64,000 nt of DNA, taken from Phycisphaerales bacterium (GTDB lineage: Bacteria > Planctomycetota > Phycisphaerae > Phycisphaerales > UBA1924). The translations under genes were made by a program, and so were the position numbers. Positions 54,414-64,000 of the stretch are shown here, one piece after another (positions within the stretch are counted from its first letter, which is position 1; each line of letters starts with the position of its first letter). The notes below the pieces were generated by a model that was given only the letters and a program-made list of their open reading frames with translations, did not search any database and had not been told where the DNA came from. The stretch is taken from NCBI GenBank assembly GCA_965227775.1, contig OZ245777.1:1696001-1760000 (forward strand), given 5' to 3'.

Positions 54414-56919
54414 CGTCTAGCGCTCCCGCGTCTTCCAACAACTCGCCTTCGAGCGGTTCCTCGATGCCCATCTGCTCGCGCTGCATCCGCAAACGCAGGC
54501 GGTAGGCCTCGTTGATCGCGTCGGCTTCCTCGGAATTCTCGACGATCACCGGCGTGATAAAAATCAACTGTTCAGTGCTGCTCACGCCCGTCTCGCGAGA
54601 ACGGAAAAGCCAACCGAGAAGTGGGATATCACCCAGCAGCGGGATCTTCCGCACGACCTCGGAGTCTTCGTTCCGAAGGATGCCCGAGATCACGAGCGTC
54701 TGCCCGCTACGAACGATGAGCTGCGTCGTGGTCTCACGGCGATCGACAACGACCTGTCCGCTCGCGTTGGCCTGCCCGGGCGCGACAGAGCTCAGCTCGA
54801 TGTTCACGCGGAGATCAACATCCTTGTTGGGCGTCAGGCGAGGTCGAACCCGGAGCTGGATGCCCACGGCCCGATACTCGAAGCCCTGGGTCGTACCGCC
54901 GGTGTCGGTGGTCTGGGCGTTCGTGATGAACGGGATGTCCTGCCCGTCGAAGAACTCGGCTTCCTGGTTGTCACTCGTGAAGATGATCGGGCGGCTCAGG
55001 ATGCTCACGTCGGTCCGCTCGTTGAGAGCCTGCAGCACGGCATTCAGGTCGACGCCCACGTTCAGAACGCTTGTGTCAAACAGGTTGCCGAAGATGCCGC
55101 CCTCGCTGGCAGTCGTACTCGAGACGAACGAGATCGAGTTGTCCGAGCGCGTGAGATTGATCGGCGAGCTCGACCAGCGCAGCCCTAGGGCTTCGGCGTC
55201 ATCGCGGCTCACTTCGGCGATGACCGCCTGGATCAGCACCTGCCGTCCCGGTTGGTCGAGCTGCTGGATGAGGTCAACAACAGCCGCGCGATACTCGGGC
55301 GGGCTGAGCACCATGATGGCGTTCTGCCGCCACACGGGCACGATGCGGAGCTTGCCGATGAGGTTGCTCGCACCGGCGCTGTCCGTCTGCTCACGAGCCG
55401 TCTGCCACCAGAAAGTAATCGTGCCCGGGTCGTTTTCGGCCTCGGTCGTGGCGTTGTCGGCCGCGTCGTCGGCAAACGGGCTGTCCCCAGCGCTGCCGCC
55501 GCTCGTAAGCCCGCTCTCGCTCCGCGGGATGCTCGCCAGCGTGCCATCAAGCGCGAGCAACGCGTTGAGCTGCTCGGCGACTTCTTCGGCAGACACGTGC
55601 TTGAGAGACACGATGGCCGGCAGCCCAACGCTCTTGGGCTGGTCCAGATCGCGGATGATCTGGTCGATCACCGCGAGGTTGTCCGGGCTCTTGGCGACGA
55701 CGGCGATCTGCCCGGCTGAAGGAATCGCCTCGAAGGCGAACTGGCCCGCGAGCCGGCCCACGCCTTGTGAGGAGCCAGTGCTTCCCTGGTTGCCTTGGTT
55801 GCCCTGGCCTCCGCCGCCACCGCCAGCTCCGCCCGCGTCGGGCTCGCCAAACAGGCCGACCAGCAGATCTCGAACGGCGATCGGGTCGCTGTTCTCGAGT
55901 GTGTAGATGCGCGGCGTTACGGTCTCTTCGGGCAGCGGCAGGTCCCACTCGGTCTCTATGAGATCCGCGATCTGATCCATCACGCCCTGCTCGGCAGCAA
56001 CCGTCACGCCGTTCTGCTGAGTGTTGGCCGTCACACGCAGCTCGGCGGTTGACGCGCCGCTAGAACTGTCTTCCTCACCACCGCCCCGCCCAAAGAAGCG
56101 GTTAAAATTTCGGCCGCCCTGTTGCTGGCCCTGCGTCGTCGTGCCGTCCTCGCCGAAGAGCTCGGTGATGTTCTCGGCGATGAGTTCCGCGTCGGCATAC
56201 CGAAGGCGGAACGTCTTCGTCACGAGCGCCCGTGAGCCGGGTTGGTCCATGCCCGCCAACAGCCCCTCGATGCGCCGAAGCAGGCCAATGTTGCCGAGCA
56301 CGGCGATGTGGTTGCTCGCCTCGTCAACGGTGATCTTGGCGTACTCGGGAACGACCTCGCCCAAGGCCTCGGCGAGCTCGGATGCTTCGGAGTTGCTGAT
56401 GCGGTAGATCTTCTCGGCCATCGAACCCAGATCGGTGCGGTCCATCACGCTCTCGCTGGGACCGATGACCGGCACGTCCTGGCGGATGACCTCGTTGATG
56501 TCACGGAGGATGATGATGTCGCGGGTCTCGACAACAGCCACTCCGTCCTGCTGCAGCGCGAGGATCACGAGATCGAGCGCCTGCTGACGCGGAATGGGCT
56601 GATCGCTTACGAGTGTGATTCGTGCGGGCAGGCGCATCTCGGGCACGATGACGACCTTGCCCGTGGCTTCAACGATGAACGGGATGAGGTCTTCGATCGA
56701 AGCGTCGCGAAAGGTCAGCGTCGTCGGTGGCCCATTCAGCACGCGGCGACCATCGGGGCCACGCTCGATCGGATCCGGCTCGGCCTGGCCTGCCTGTTCG
56801 GCGCCCCCGGCCGGTTCGGCGTCCTGCGCGAGGCTTACCGGCGCGGCAAGCCCGGCTGCGCCGACCAATGCGGCGATTGCCGAACGAACCACCAGGCTGC
56901 AACGAATGTCTGCCTTCAT
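54397..56919 (-). CDS. gspD: Type II secretion secretin GspD
   Basis: Signal peptide, N0 plus repeated N domains, QVLIQAVIAEV, GIQLRVRP, KIPLLGDIPLLGWLFR, LIFITP. Confidence 0.9.
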   Translation of the reverse strand: MKADIRCSLVVRSAIAALVGAAGLAAPVSLAQDAEPAGGAEQAGQAEPDPIERGPDGRRVLNGPPTTLTFRDASIEDLIPFIVEATGKVVIVPEMRLPARITLVSDQPIPRQQALDLVILALQQDGVAVVETRDIIILRDINEVIRQDVPVIGPSESVMDRTDLGSMAEKIYRISNSEASELAEALGEVVPEYAKITVDEASNHIAVLGNIGLLRRIEGLLAGMDQPGSRALVTKTFRLRYADAELIAENITELFGEDGTTTQGQQQGGRNFNRFFGRGGGEEDSSSGASTAELRVTANTQQNGVTVAAEQGVMDQIADLIETEWDLPLPEETVTPRIYTLENSDPIAVRDLLVGLFGEPDAGGAGGGGGGQGNQGNQGSTGSSQGVGRLAGQFAFEAIPSAGQIAVVAKSPDNLAVIDQIIRDLDQPKSVGLPAIVSLKHVSAEEVAEQLNALLALDGTLASIPRSESGLTSGGSAGDSPFADDAADNATTEAENDPGTITFWWQTAREQTDSAGASNLIGKLRIVPVWRQNAIMVLSPPEYRAAVVDLIQQLDQPGRQVLIQAVIAEVSRDDAEALGLRWSSSPINLTRSDNSISFVSSTTASEGGIFGNLFDTSVLNVGVDLNAVLQALNERTDVSILSRPIIFTSDNQEAEFFDGQDIPFITNAQTTDTGGTTQGFEYRAVGIQLRVRPRLTPNKDVDLRVNIELSSVAPGQANASGQVVVDRRETTTQLIVRSGQTLVISGILRNEDSEVVRKIPLLGDIPLLGWLFRSRETGVSSTEQLIFITPVIVENSEEADAINEAYRLRLRMQREQMGIEEPLEGELLEDAGALDDGEPG

Positions 56920-56932
56920 CAAGTACCTCGCT

Positions 56933-57463
56933 TCAGCCCGTGGGCGACGAACCCTCGCCGCGGTCGGGGATCACCACGCGATCCCGCGCCATCAACGGAA
57001 CATCGAACTCGATTCCCTTCCACATCACCCGGATCGACCACGGGGCCGATGCCTCGAGCACGCGGAGCTCGTCGTCCTCCCCCTCGCCAACGGCCAGGGA
57101 GGTTTTGTCATCAAACAGCACCTGCCCGTTTACGAATGCCACGACCTTCGGTCCGCCGTACGAAGCAGGTGGCGGCGGAGGTGGTGGCGGAGGTGGCGGC
57201 GGTGGAGGTGGTGCATCCGGCGGCGGTGGAGGTGGTGGGGGTGGAGGGGCGCTCGGCACGAAGAACGGCGAACGTCCATCCAATTGTGCCCGATGGTTCG
57301 CGGTCACGTCTCCAAGCTCGTTCGTATCGCCAACACCGGCATCGGCCGGTGGCAGCGAGAGCATCGCCGATTGCGCGATTCCACCGAGTGAAACGACCAG
57401 CGCCACGCTCGCTGCCACGCCCGCGGCGCCAACGAGCACCCATGCCGTCGTTGGAGCGCTCAT
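56933..57463 (-). CDS. Proline-rich bitopic protein at the GspC-like position
   Basis: N-terminal TM, RSPF, long poly-Pro linker, short beta domain; lies between the gspM-like gene and gspD. Confidence 0.55.
   Translation of the reverse strand: MSAPTTAWVLVGAAGVAASVALVVSLGGIAQSAMLSLPPADAGVGDTNELGDVTANHRAQLDGRSPFFVPSAPPPPPPPPPPDAPPPPPPPPPPPPPPPASYGGPKVVAFVNGQVLFDDKTSLAVGEGEDDELRVLEASAPWSIRVMWKGIEFDVPLMARDRVVIPDRGEGSSPTG
57168..57250 (-). repeat. Poly-proline coding low-complexity repeat (CCN codons on the - strand)
   Basis: ggtggcggcggaggtggtggcgga... encodes the P-run-DA-P-run linker. Confidence 0.8.
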
Positions 57464-58095
57464 GAGCCACCTCCCGCGCTCCGCGCCGCCGATGCCGATA
57501 AGGCCCACGCCTCGACCGTCAGCGTTGCGGAAACCTGGCGCGAGCCGTCTTCAGCACGCCGGACGATGACACGCGTGATCGCCGCCACATCGGGGTTGGA
57601 CTCGAGCGCGCCGAGCACCTGGCTAAACGCTTCGGGTGACGCATCAAAGCTCACCGTGCTGACGAGCTTCACCAGCGAGCCACGACCGCCGTAGTACTGT
57701 GTCGCGGGTCCATCGGCGAGGTTCTGCTCGGTCGTCTGGGTTCGTGCCCCGCGCACACCCGCGTCTCGTAGCGCACCGTCGACCGCGCGGTTCAGTGCCG
57801 TCGCTCGTTCACTCCGTGGGCCGGGCAGCTCTACTTCGCCGTGCAAGCGCGAGCCTATGGCGATGCGCTGCTGGTCGTCCTGCGCCTTCTCGCCCATGGT
57901 CTTCACCGCTCGGATGCGCGCCGCCAACGCCTCGGCCCGGCCAGACGATTGCACCGTGGCATCAATCACAGGCTCGACCACGAGGAAGTACGCCGCCAGG
58001 CCGAGCACCGCCCACGTTAGCCACTTGGCCGATCGGGGCAGTTGGGCGTAACGCTCCATCAAGCCGCTCCGTGCTGGGGTTGTCGGATCACTCAT
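57460..58095 (-). CDS. T2SS GspM/PilO-like protein
   Basis: Single TM, coiled coil, ferredoxin-like C-terminus (LGALES); operon position. Confidence 0.6.
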   Translation of the reverse strand: MSDPTTPARSGLMERYAQLPRSAKWLTWAVLGLAAYFLVVEPVIDATVQSSGRAEALAARIRAVKTMGEKAQDDQQRIAIGSRLHGEVELPGPRSERATALNRAVDGALRDAGVRGARTQTTEQNLADGPATQYYGGRGSLVKLVSTVSFDASPEAFSQVLGALESNPDVAAITRVIVRRAEDGSRQVSATLTVEAWALSASAARSAGGGS

Positions 58096-59888
58096 CCGCC
58101 ACTCCCAACTTCGCGGTACCGCGATATCAGCTTCTCTGCTTCTTCCCTCAGCCGGGCTCGCGTCTCGGCATCGTTTGATTCGTCACGCGACGCGCTGTTG
58201 CGGATGCGCCACTGGTTCAGCAACTCGCTGCGGTCGAGCTCGGCGATCTGCGCATCGGTGATCGGCGTCGGCACGCCATCCTCGGATGCCGGACCACCAT
58301 CGCCCGACGGCCGGCGATCGCCCGAGGAGGCGCGCCCGCTCTCGATCGCGCTGTCACGCTCGGCCCTTTCTTCCGACGCGCGGCCGCCCGGGCTCGACGA
58401 GGGGCGCGAGCGACCCGTGGGCGTGCTCGCCGCCGCAACGACGGGCGTGGTCGTGTTGCTGGCGCCCTCGCCGTAGAGCACCTCGGCCAGCGGCATCTCC
58501 GCGAAGTCCCGCGGCATGTTGCCCCGGGCAATCGCGTTGCGAACACTCGCACTGATCTGGAATTCGACCGAATCACCAACGATCTCGCGTCGCACGACCG
58601 TGACCGATCCAAGCGTGCCAAGCTCATTGAGCGCGGTCTCGTATCGGGTGAGGAGCGTCTCGGGCGGTCCCTCGAGCGTCGGCCCGCCGGGCGCCACCTG
58701 CACAAAGCCCTCGATGTCGATCTGGGCGTTGCTATCCATGCGCACGCTCTCGAGAACGACGTGGACGGGCGCCGCGGCGCTCACCTCGGCCAGCATCTTT
58801 GTCATGGGCCATACACGGTCGTTCAGCTGGCCATAGATCGCCGCTCGCCGCGCATCGGCCTCGTACTGCTCGCGGAGCATCTCAGCGCGTGCCACCCTTC
58901 CGCTCAGCATCGCTTCGCGCACCTTCGCGCCCAGCAGCGGCGTGAATAGCAGCACGAGCAGGCACACGCCGCACGCGATCGCTACGTTTCGCCGTGAGGC
59001 AAGCCAGACGTTCATGCGCTCGCCCGTCGAGGCTCGTGCTTCCGGCTCGTCCTGGCGGAGCGATGCCAACGCGCGCACAGCGGGATCGGCGCTGACCGCG
59101 AGCAATCCCGCGCAGGTAGGTAGCAAGACTTTTGCGGCCTCGCGTGCATCGCTGGGCCAGCCATCAACCTTCTTGGAAAGTCCCTCGCCGATATCGCTCG
59201 ACCAGCCGATCCGGCGGCCACGCATCGGCTCATGCGAAGCGCGTAAGGCCGTACGCGCCTCGTCCTCATGCAGGCCGACAGCCGTTGCGGCCTCAAGCAG
59301 TCGCTGCTCGACATGGGAATCACTCGACACCACGTCGCTCGCCTCACGAAGCGACCGAACGAGCACGCCCTCGGGCCCATGCGCCGCCACGATCAGCACG
59401 CCTTGCTTCGCATCGGCGGCGAACGCGCACCCCTCGGAGAGCGACACGGCCATGCCGAGCGCGGCCGGAGCCGTCGTGAATCGAGCGTCCTCGGCTTGGT
59501 CGATCGCATCCGTCCCAGGCATCCAGGCCGTAAGCAGTGCGGTCCGTCCACTGCTTCCCGCCGGCAGCGCGCCGCAACCGCGTCGCCATGCCGGAACGCG
59601 TTCCGGCAGTTCGCCGTCGCCAAGGATGCCCAGCACCCGCACGAGTTCATCGCCCGGCAGTTCGTCAACGCCCCGGCAGCGTACCAATGACTGTCCCCAC
59701 GGCGCGAACCCGATCTGCGGGAGGTCGCTCGAGCCGCTGTCGATCGTCAACCGATGCCGATCGCCCATCCGCTGGATGGCAACACGCACGACCTCGCCGC
59801 CCGCGCGATCGATCGCGACGACGCCCTGGTTCGTGTTTACATCGCGTTGCCTGGCCAACGGCTCCCCTTCCGATTCCCTGTGAAACAC
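58092..59888 (-). CDS. T2SS GspL/PilM-PilN-like protein
   Basis: Cytoplasmic N-domain, single TM, PilN-like WP...LAEVS...P..V.L segment; start uncertain. Confidence 0.55.
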   Translation of the reverse strand: MFHRESEGEPLARQRDVNTNQGVVAIDRAGGEVVRVAIQRMGDRHRLTIDSGSSDLPQIGFAPWGQSLVRCRGVDELPGDELVRVLGILGDGELPERVPAWRRGCGALPAGSSGRTALLTAWMPGTDAIDQAEDARFTTAPAALGMAVSLSEGCAFAADAKQGVLIVAAHGPEGVLVRSLREASDVVSSDSHVEQRLLEAATAVGLHEDEARTALRASHEPMRGRRIGWSSDIGEGLSKKVDGWPSDAREAAKVLLPTCAGLLAVSADPAVRALASLRQDEPEARASTGERMNVWLASRRNVAIACGVCLLVLLFTPLLGAKVREAMLSGRVARAEMLREQYEADARRAAIYGQLNDRVWPMTKMLAEVSAAAPVHVVLESVRMDSNAQIDIEGFVQVAPGGPTLEGPPETLLTRYETALNELGTLGSVTVVRREIVGDSVEFQISASVRNAIARGNMPRDFAEMPLAEVLYGEGASNTTTPVVAAASTPTGRSRPSSSPGGRASEERAERDSAIESGRASSGDRRPSGDGGPASEDGVPTPITDAQIAELDRSELLNQWRIRNSASRDESNDAETRARLREEAEKLISRYREVGSGG

Positions 59889-59891
59889 ACT

Positions 59892-61217
59892 CTATCGAAC
59901 GATGACGTCCCGGATCACCACGGGCAGCCGAGACCTGTCCACGGTAGCGATCATCTCGACGCGCATCCCCGATGCCTCGTCGATTCCGACGCTGCGAATC
60001 ACAAACGCCGAACTGCGAAACCCGAACGCCTGGACCAGCTCTTGCACTCGCCCGCGCGTCAGTCCGGGCGATTCCAGCAGATCCGCCGCCGTCCGGAAGC
60101 CCAGCGGCCGCCCGGCGCGTTCGCGGATGATCGTGTCGGCGATCGAGCTGGTCACGCCCGGGGCGTAGGCCAGCGTGTCCTCCGACACGGTGTTGATGTT
60201 AATCCTGCCCGGCAGCAGCGGCCCGGTGGCGTCGAGCCAGGGCGAGTCGATCGCGGCCTCTTCGAGCAGCAACCCGATCTGTGCATCGGTCAGCGGCTGG
60301 GCCTGGGGGTCGATGGCCTGGCCGGTGAGCCCGGGCAGTGATCGCAGCGGCGTGGTGATCAAGGCCTCGAGCGTTGCGGCGTTCGTGCCCGCGTACTGGG
60401 CGATCACGTCGGCCTGCTGAGCGGTAATGCCGATGCGGCCCACAAGCTCGCTGCCACCCAGTCCAAGGCCGAGCCGCACACGTGGCTGCCCGCTCACTCC
60501 ATAGGTGCTCTCACTACTCACCACCGTCAGGATGCCCGACCAGTTCGCTTCCAGCACGCCATCGCCATTGTCGGGCGGCCACGTCTCGTCGCCGTCGTTC
60601 TCGTTGGGGTCGAGCACGTTGTTGAGGTTCCAGTCCTCCTCGCGAACGTCGATCGGCAGTATGCCGAGCAGCAGCTCAAGTTCCTCGATGGTCTGCATCG
60701 GGCCGTTCCGCGGTTCGTACGCGTGTTCCTGCGACAGATACGAACCGACCTCGGCGCCGAGGGGGCTGACATCGTCGTCCTCGTCGGTCCAATCGACGAT
60801 CCGCGAGATCAGGTCCTCGGTCATGTTGGGCAGCCAGAACAGGTCGTCGCCGGTCATGCGAGCGATGTGGATGCGCGCGTTCGCGTCGGCCGGCCCGTCA
60901 AACCGCTCTCCGCCCTCCCAGTGCTCGATGCGGTACGAGCCAGTTCCGCCCACCGTGCCCCGTGCCGCCTCGGCCATCCTGTCGTACACGTCGAACGCGT
61001 CGGTCGGGTGCGGGTCCTCGGTATCGTCGGCCAAGATGGCGATCATTCGCTCGACGCCCGAGACGGCCGCCCAGCGTGCACGCGTCTCCGCCAGGCTGTC
61101 GCGCGCGCCGAACGCCTGGCCGAGCCCCGCCGACTGCACACCCATAACCAGCACGGCCGCCAGACCGATGACCCACAGCGCGAGCACCGTCGCGAAGCTC
61201 TTGCGGGCGCCAATCAC
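59892..61217 (-). CDS. gspK: T2SS minor pseudopilin GspK
   Basis: Hydrophobic N-terminus, IVDWTDED, RNGPMQTIEEL, GRININT, helix-hairpin-helix. Confidence 0.8.
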   Translation of the reverse strand: MIGARKSFATVLALWVIGLAAVLVMGVQSAGLGQAFGARDSLAETRARWAAVSGVERMIAILADDTEDPHPTDAFDVYDRMAEAARGTVGGTGSYRIEHWEGGERFDGPADANARIHIARMTGDDLFWLPNMTEDLISRIVDWTDEDDDVSPLGAEVGSYLSQEHAYEPRNGPMQTIEELELLLGILPIDVREEDWNLNNVLDPNENDGDETWPPDNGDGVLEANWSGILTVVSSESTYGVSGQPRVRLGLGLGGSELVGRIGITAQQADVIAQYAGTNAATLEALITTPLRSLPGLTGQAIDPQAQPLTDAQIGLLLEEAAIDSPWLDATGPLLPGRININTVSEDTLAYAPGVTSSIADTIIRERAGRPLGFRTAADLLESPGLTRGRVQELVQAFGFRSSAFVIRSVGIDEASGMRVEMIATVDRSRLPVVIRDVIVR

Positions 61218-61906
61218 TGCCCGCCCCCTTCGGCCGCTTCGACCTCGGCCAACATGGGCTGGGCGAACACCCGCGGAATTGCCGCCACACGACGAGCAAC
61301 CGCCGATGCGCGACCATCGGGCGTCGACGTGCGCACCTCGATGATCACCATGTACGGCAGCCCGGTCTGATCAGAATCCCACGAGGCCCACACGCCCTCG
61401 TCGTCGCCCGCCGTCACCGAGAAGCTCACCACGTCGCGGGCAACCTCATCGGCCAAGCCCCCCGAGTCCTGATACTCGTCGAAGGCCATGTCGCGACGAC
61501 GCCAAAGCGATGTGCCCTCCTCGCCTTCCTGGATCTTGAATCCGATCTCGAACTCGCCGCCCTCGCTTCGCAGCGCCTCGTTCTCGACGGGCCGCACGGG
61601 CTCGAGCCCTCGGGCGACGACGTAGATCGAGTCCCTCGACGCCTCGCCTCGCCCGCCGTCACGGATTACGAGCCGAGTCTGAGAGAGGTCCTCGCGTCGA
61701 AGCGTCCGGAGCACCGCCCGCTGCACCATCTGGGCGGCCTGATCGGCGCTCGCCCACGCCCGTGCGTGGGCGCGAGACGCCTCGCGGGCCGACGCAAGCC
61801 GAACCACCGACGTCGCGACAAGCCCCGTGATCAGCGCAATCACACCGGCGGCCGCGAGGGTCTCGACGAGCGTGAATCCGCGATGGCGATGACGGACGGC
61901 GCTCAT
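61214..61906 (-). CDS. gspJ: T2SS pseudopilin GspJ-like
   Basis: G-FTLVETL prepilin site; WDS...LPYMV.I. Confidence 0.7.
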   Translation of the reverse strand: MSAVRHRHRGFTLVETLAAAGVIALITGLVATSVVRLASAREASRAHARAWASADQAAQMVQRAVLRTLRREDLSQTRLVIRDGGRGEASRDSIYVVARGLEPVRPVENEALRSEGGEFEIGFKIQEGEEGTSLWRRRDMAFDEYQDSGGLADEVARDVVSFSVTAGDDEGVWASWDSDQTGLPYMVIIEVRTSTPDGRASAVARRVAAIPRVFAQPMLAEVEAAEGGGQ

Positions 61907-62340
61907 CGTTCGATCGCCTCGGGTGGCATGCGGTTCGGGTCGGGCTCGTCACCCAGCCGAGGCGCGATAAGCGCATCGAGCTCGAGCGAGCGCGGCTGCC
62001 CGGTCGCCGACTGCCACGTCACGCGAACGTTCACCTCATCGGGCTCGCCTGCATTGCCCGAATCAACGTCGATCCGGTACTCGAATCGCTCGAACGGCTC
62101 GCTCGCGCGCCCGCGAGACCTGATCACGCGTGTGTACTCCTCGGTCCCGTATGCGTAGACCGTGGACATCACCTCGTCGGCCACCATGCCCGCCTGGCGG
62201 AGCGAGGCCGCCTCGCGTTGCATCGAGAGCGCACGCGTCGAGACCACCAATATGCCGCCCAGAGCCACGCCAAGAAGCACCGTGCCGACGAGCACGTCGA
62301 CCAACAAGAAGCCCGGGCGTTGCGGCAACCGTGCTACCAA
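61903..62340 (-). CDS. T2SS pseudopilin GspI-like
   Basis: G-FLLVDVL prepilin-like site; V.V.VTW; operon position. Confidence 0.6.
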   Translation of the reverse strand: MVARLPQRPGFLLVDVLVGTVLLGVALGGILVVSTRALSMQREAASLRQAGMVADEVMSTVYAYGTEEYTRVIRSRGRASEPFERFEYRIDVDSGNAGEPDEVNVRVTWQSATGQPRSLELDALIAPRLGDEPDPNRMPPEAIER

Positions 62341-62870
62341 GGCGTGCTCTCCATCCCACTGGCGTCTAGATCAACCCTGCCGGGCGGCTCGATGAGCCGT
62401 TCACCCTCGACGACAACGGCGCGCAGCGCCCCGGGCATCAACGCCACGCTCACCGGTCCATTGCCGCCAAGCAGGCCAATTTCCACGCTCGAGCCGGCGC
62501 CCAGTTCGACGATCCAGGGCGTCCCACGCACCGCGAATCCGTCGGCGTACACCGAGCCCACGGTGGCCTTGTTCAACCTCACTTGTGGCATGAACGGATC
62601 ACGCTCCCACACCCACGACTCACGCCGGCCCTGCTCCACTAGCTCCCGCCGCTCTACTACCACGGTCTTGGACTCGGCCCGTACGCGTAGCGGCTGCGAC
62701 CCGACGGCTGCCCGCCCGGCCGCGTTCGAAAGCAGGCCCGCCACCGCGTCTGCCTCGGCCGACACGCCCCGGCCCGCGAGCGTCGCCACGCGCGGCACCG
62801 CCAGGCCCAGGACAAGGCCCACGATCACCAGCGTGACGATCAACTCGACCAGGGTGAAGGCGCGATGCAT
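62334..62870 (-). CDS. T2SS pseudopilin GspH-like
   Basis: A-FTLVELIVTLVIVGLV. Confidence 0.7.
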   Translation of the reverse strand: MHRAFTLVELIVTLVIVGLVLGLAVPRVATLAGRGVSAEADAVAGLLSNAAGRAAVGSQPLRVRAESKTVVVERRELVEQGRRESWVWERDPFMPQVRLNKATVGSVYADGFAVRGTPWIVELGAGSSVEIGLLGGNGPVSVALMPGALRAVVVEGERLIEPPGRVDLDASGMESTPW

Positions 62871-62910
62871 CGCTGCTCCAGAAGTGCGCGGGCGCCGAGC
62901 GTCGGAGCGC

Positions 62911-63339
62911 TCAGGGCTTGATGATGTCCGCGTCCTCGCCCTCGCCCCCGGGCTGCCCGTCGGCGCCATAGCTCACCACGTCGAAGTCGGTGTTCTTCTC
63001 GCCGGGCACGACGATCACGTATGCGTTGCCCCAGGGGTCGATGAGCATCTCGTCGTTGGTGATGTACGGCCCGTTCCACGTGCCGCTCATGCCGCTGGGT
63101 TCCTTCCGCAGGAACTCGAGCGTGCTGGTGTCGGGCAGCTTGCCCATGTCGATCAAGAACACCTGCACCTGGCCAGCGATGCTCGCGGCGTTGCTCTCGG
63201 CCGTTGCCTGTCGGCTCTGCCCGATGCGGCTGAACAGCCTGGGCACGACCACCGCCGCGATGATGCCCATGATCGTGATGATCACCAGCACCTCGATGAT
63301 CGTGAATCCGCGCCGACGCCGGCGTGCGTCCTTCTTCAT
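62911..63339 (-). CDS. gspG: T2SS major pseudopilin GspG
   Basis: G-FTIIEVL, WNGPY, DPWGNAY, SYGADGQPGGEGEDADI. Confidence 0.93.
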   Translation of the reverse strand: MKKDARRRRRGFTIIEVLVIITIMGIIAAVVVPRLFSRIGQSRQATAESNAASIAGQVQVFLIDMGKLPDTSTLEFLRKEPSGMSGTWNGPYITNDEMLIDPWGNAYVIVVPGEKNTDFDVVSYGADGQPGGEGEDADIIKP

Positions 63340-63378
63340 GGTGTCCGCTCCATACTCATGCATGCGTGTGCCCATCCA

Positions 63379-64000
63379 TTACATCGCGCTTCCGGCTACG
63401 TCCTGAAGTTCCAGCATCGGCAGCAGGATCGCAAGCACGATGAACCCAACGACGCCCGCCATCGTCACCACCAGCAGCGGCGGTAGCAGCGTGGTCACCA
63501 GCTTCAGCGTGGCTTCCGTTCGTTCTTCCATCGCACGGGCCGCGTGGCCCAGCAACTCTTCGAGGCGGCCGCTCCGCTCGCCCATCGCCACGATCTGCAC
63601 GAGCATCGGCGGGAAATACCCGCTCTGCTCCATCGGCGTCGCGAGCGTCTTGCCCTGGCTCACCTGGGTAACAACGTCGTCGATGACATTCTCGAGCGCA
63701 CGGTTCCCCAGCGTCGCCCGCGTAATACGCAGCGCCTGCAACAAGCTAATGCCCGAGCCCGTGAGCGTGCCGAGCGTCCGCGTGAATCGGCTGACCGCCA
63801 CATCGCGCGCGAGCAGGCCGATCAATGGCGTCGCCAGCAGCGCCCGGTCCATGCTCAGTCGCCCTTCGTCGCTCCTGCGAATAGCGACGAACCCGGCGAC
63901 CAGCAACCCCAGCATCGCCAGGATCAGCCACCACCAGCCCAGCACGAAGTTCGCAAACGCCTGCACCACCAGCGTGGGCCAAGGCAGGTTCTCGATCGCA
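63379..64000 (-). CDS. gspF: T2SS inner-membrane protein GspF (5' part outside the window)
   Basis: SRFTRTLGTL..SGI, FPPMLVQIVAMGERSGRL, GFIVLAILLPM. Confidence 0.9.
   Translation of the reverse strand, partial: AIENLPWPTLVVQAFANFVLGWWWLILAMLGLLVAGFVAIRRSDEGRLSMDRALLATPLIGLLARDVAVSRFTRTLGTLTGSGISLLQALRITRATLGNRALENVIDDVVTQVSQGKTLATPMEQSGYFPPMLVQIVAMGERSGRLEELLGHAARAMEERTEATLKLVTTLLPPLLVVTMAGVVGFIVLAILLPMLELQDVAGSAM

Noticed and set aside
1..64000. Mobile elements, prophage genes, rRNA/tRNA, anti-phage defence operons
   Set aside because: No transposase, integrase, phage structural or recognisable defence motifs were seen

Overview
High-GC (about two-thirds G+C by eye) bacterial chromosome segment, most likely Planctomycetota/Phycisphaerales, judged from the GC-type dockerin-tagged proteins, the ECF sigma/Ser-Thr kinase pair and the planctomycete prepilin-type proteins. 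Housekeeping and metabolic genes: acyP, dnaG-rpoD, three glycosyltransferases, an ABC-F ATPase, abgT-hutG-hutI, a CSAD/GAD-type PLP decarboxylase, an acyl-CoA ligase, transaldolase, two RidA proteins, two photolyases and kbl. Accessory content: six secreted proteins with a GC-type dockerin module, two tandem prepilin-type genes (the first behind a ~340-nt structured leader), a type III PKS cluster and a type II secretion operon (gspF to gspD) truncated at the right edge. The most notable observations are four. (1) An ECF sigma/kinase pair is transcribed divergently from two glycine-rich dockerin proteins, each preceded by the identical bipartite motif CGTTGCCG-N15-GTCGCGTT. (2) A TANNNT box lies 5-7 nt before seven start codons, suggesting leaderless mRNAs. 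(3) The PLP decarboxylase carries the F-X19-S-X-Y cysteine-sulfinate selectivity motif. (4) One dockerin module sits at the N-terminus rather than the C-terminus. No tRNA, rRNA, CRISPR array or transposase was recognised. All calls come from reading motifs by eye; no database search was run.
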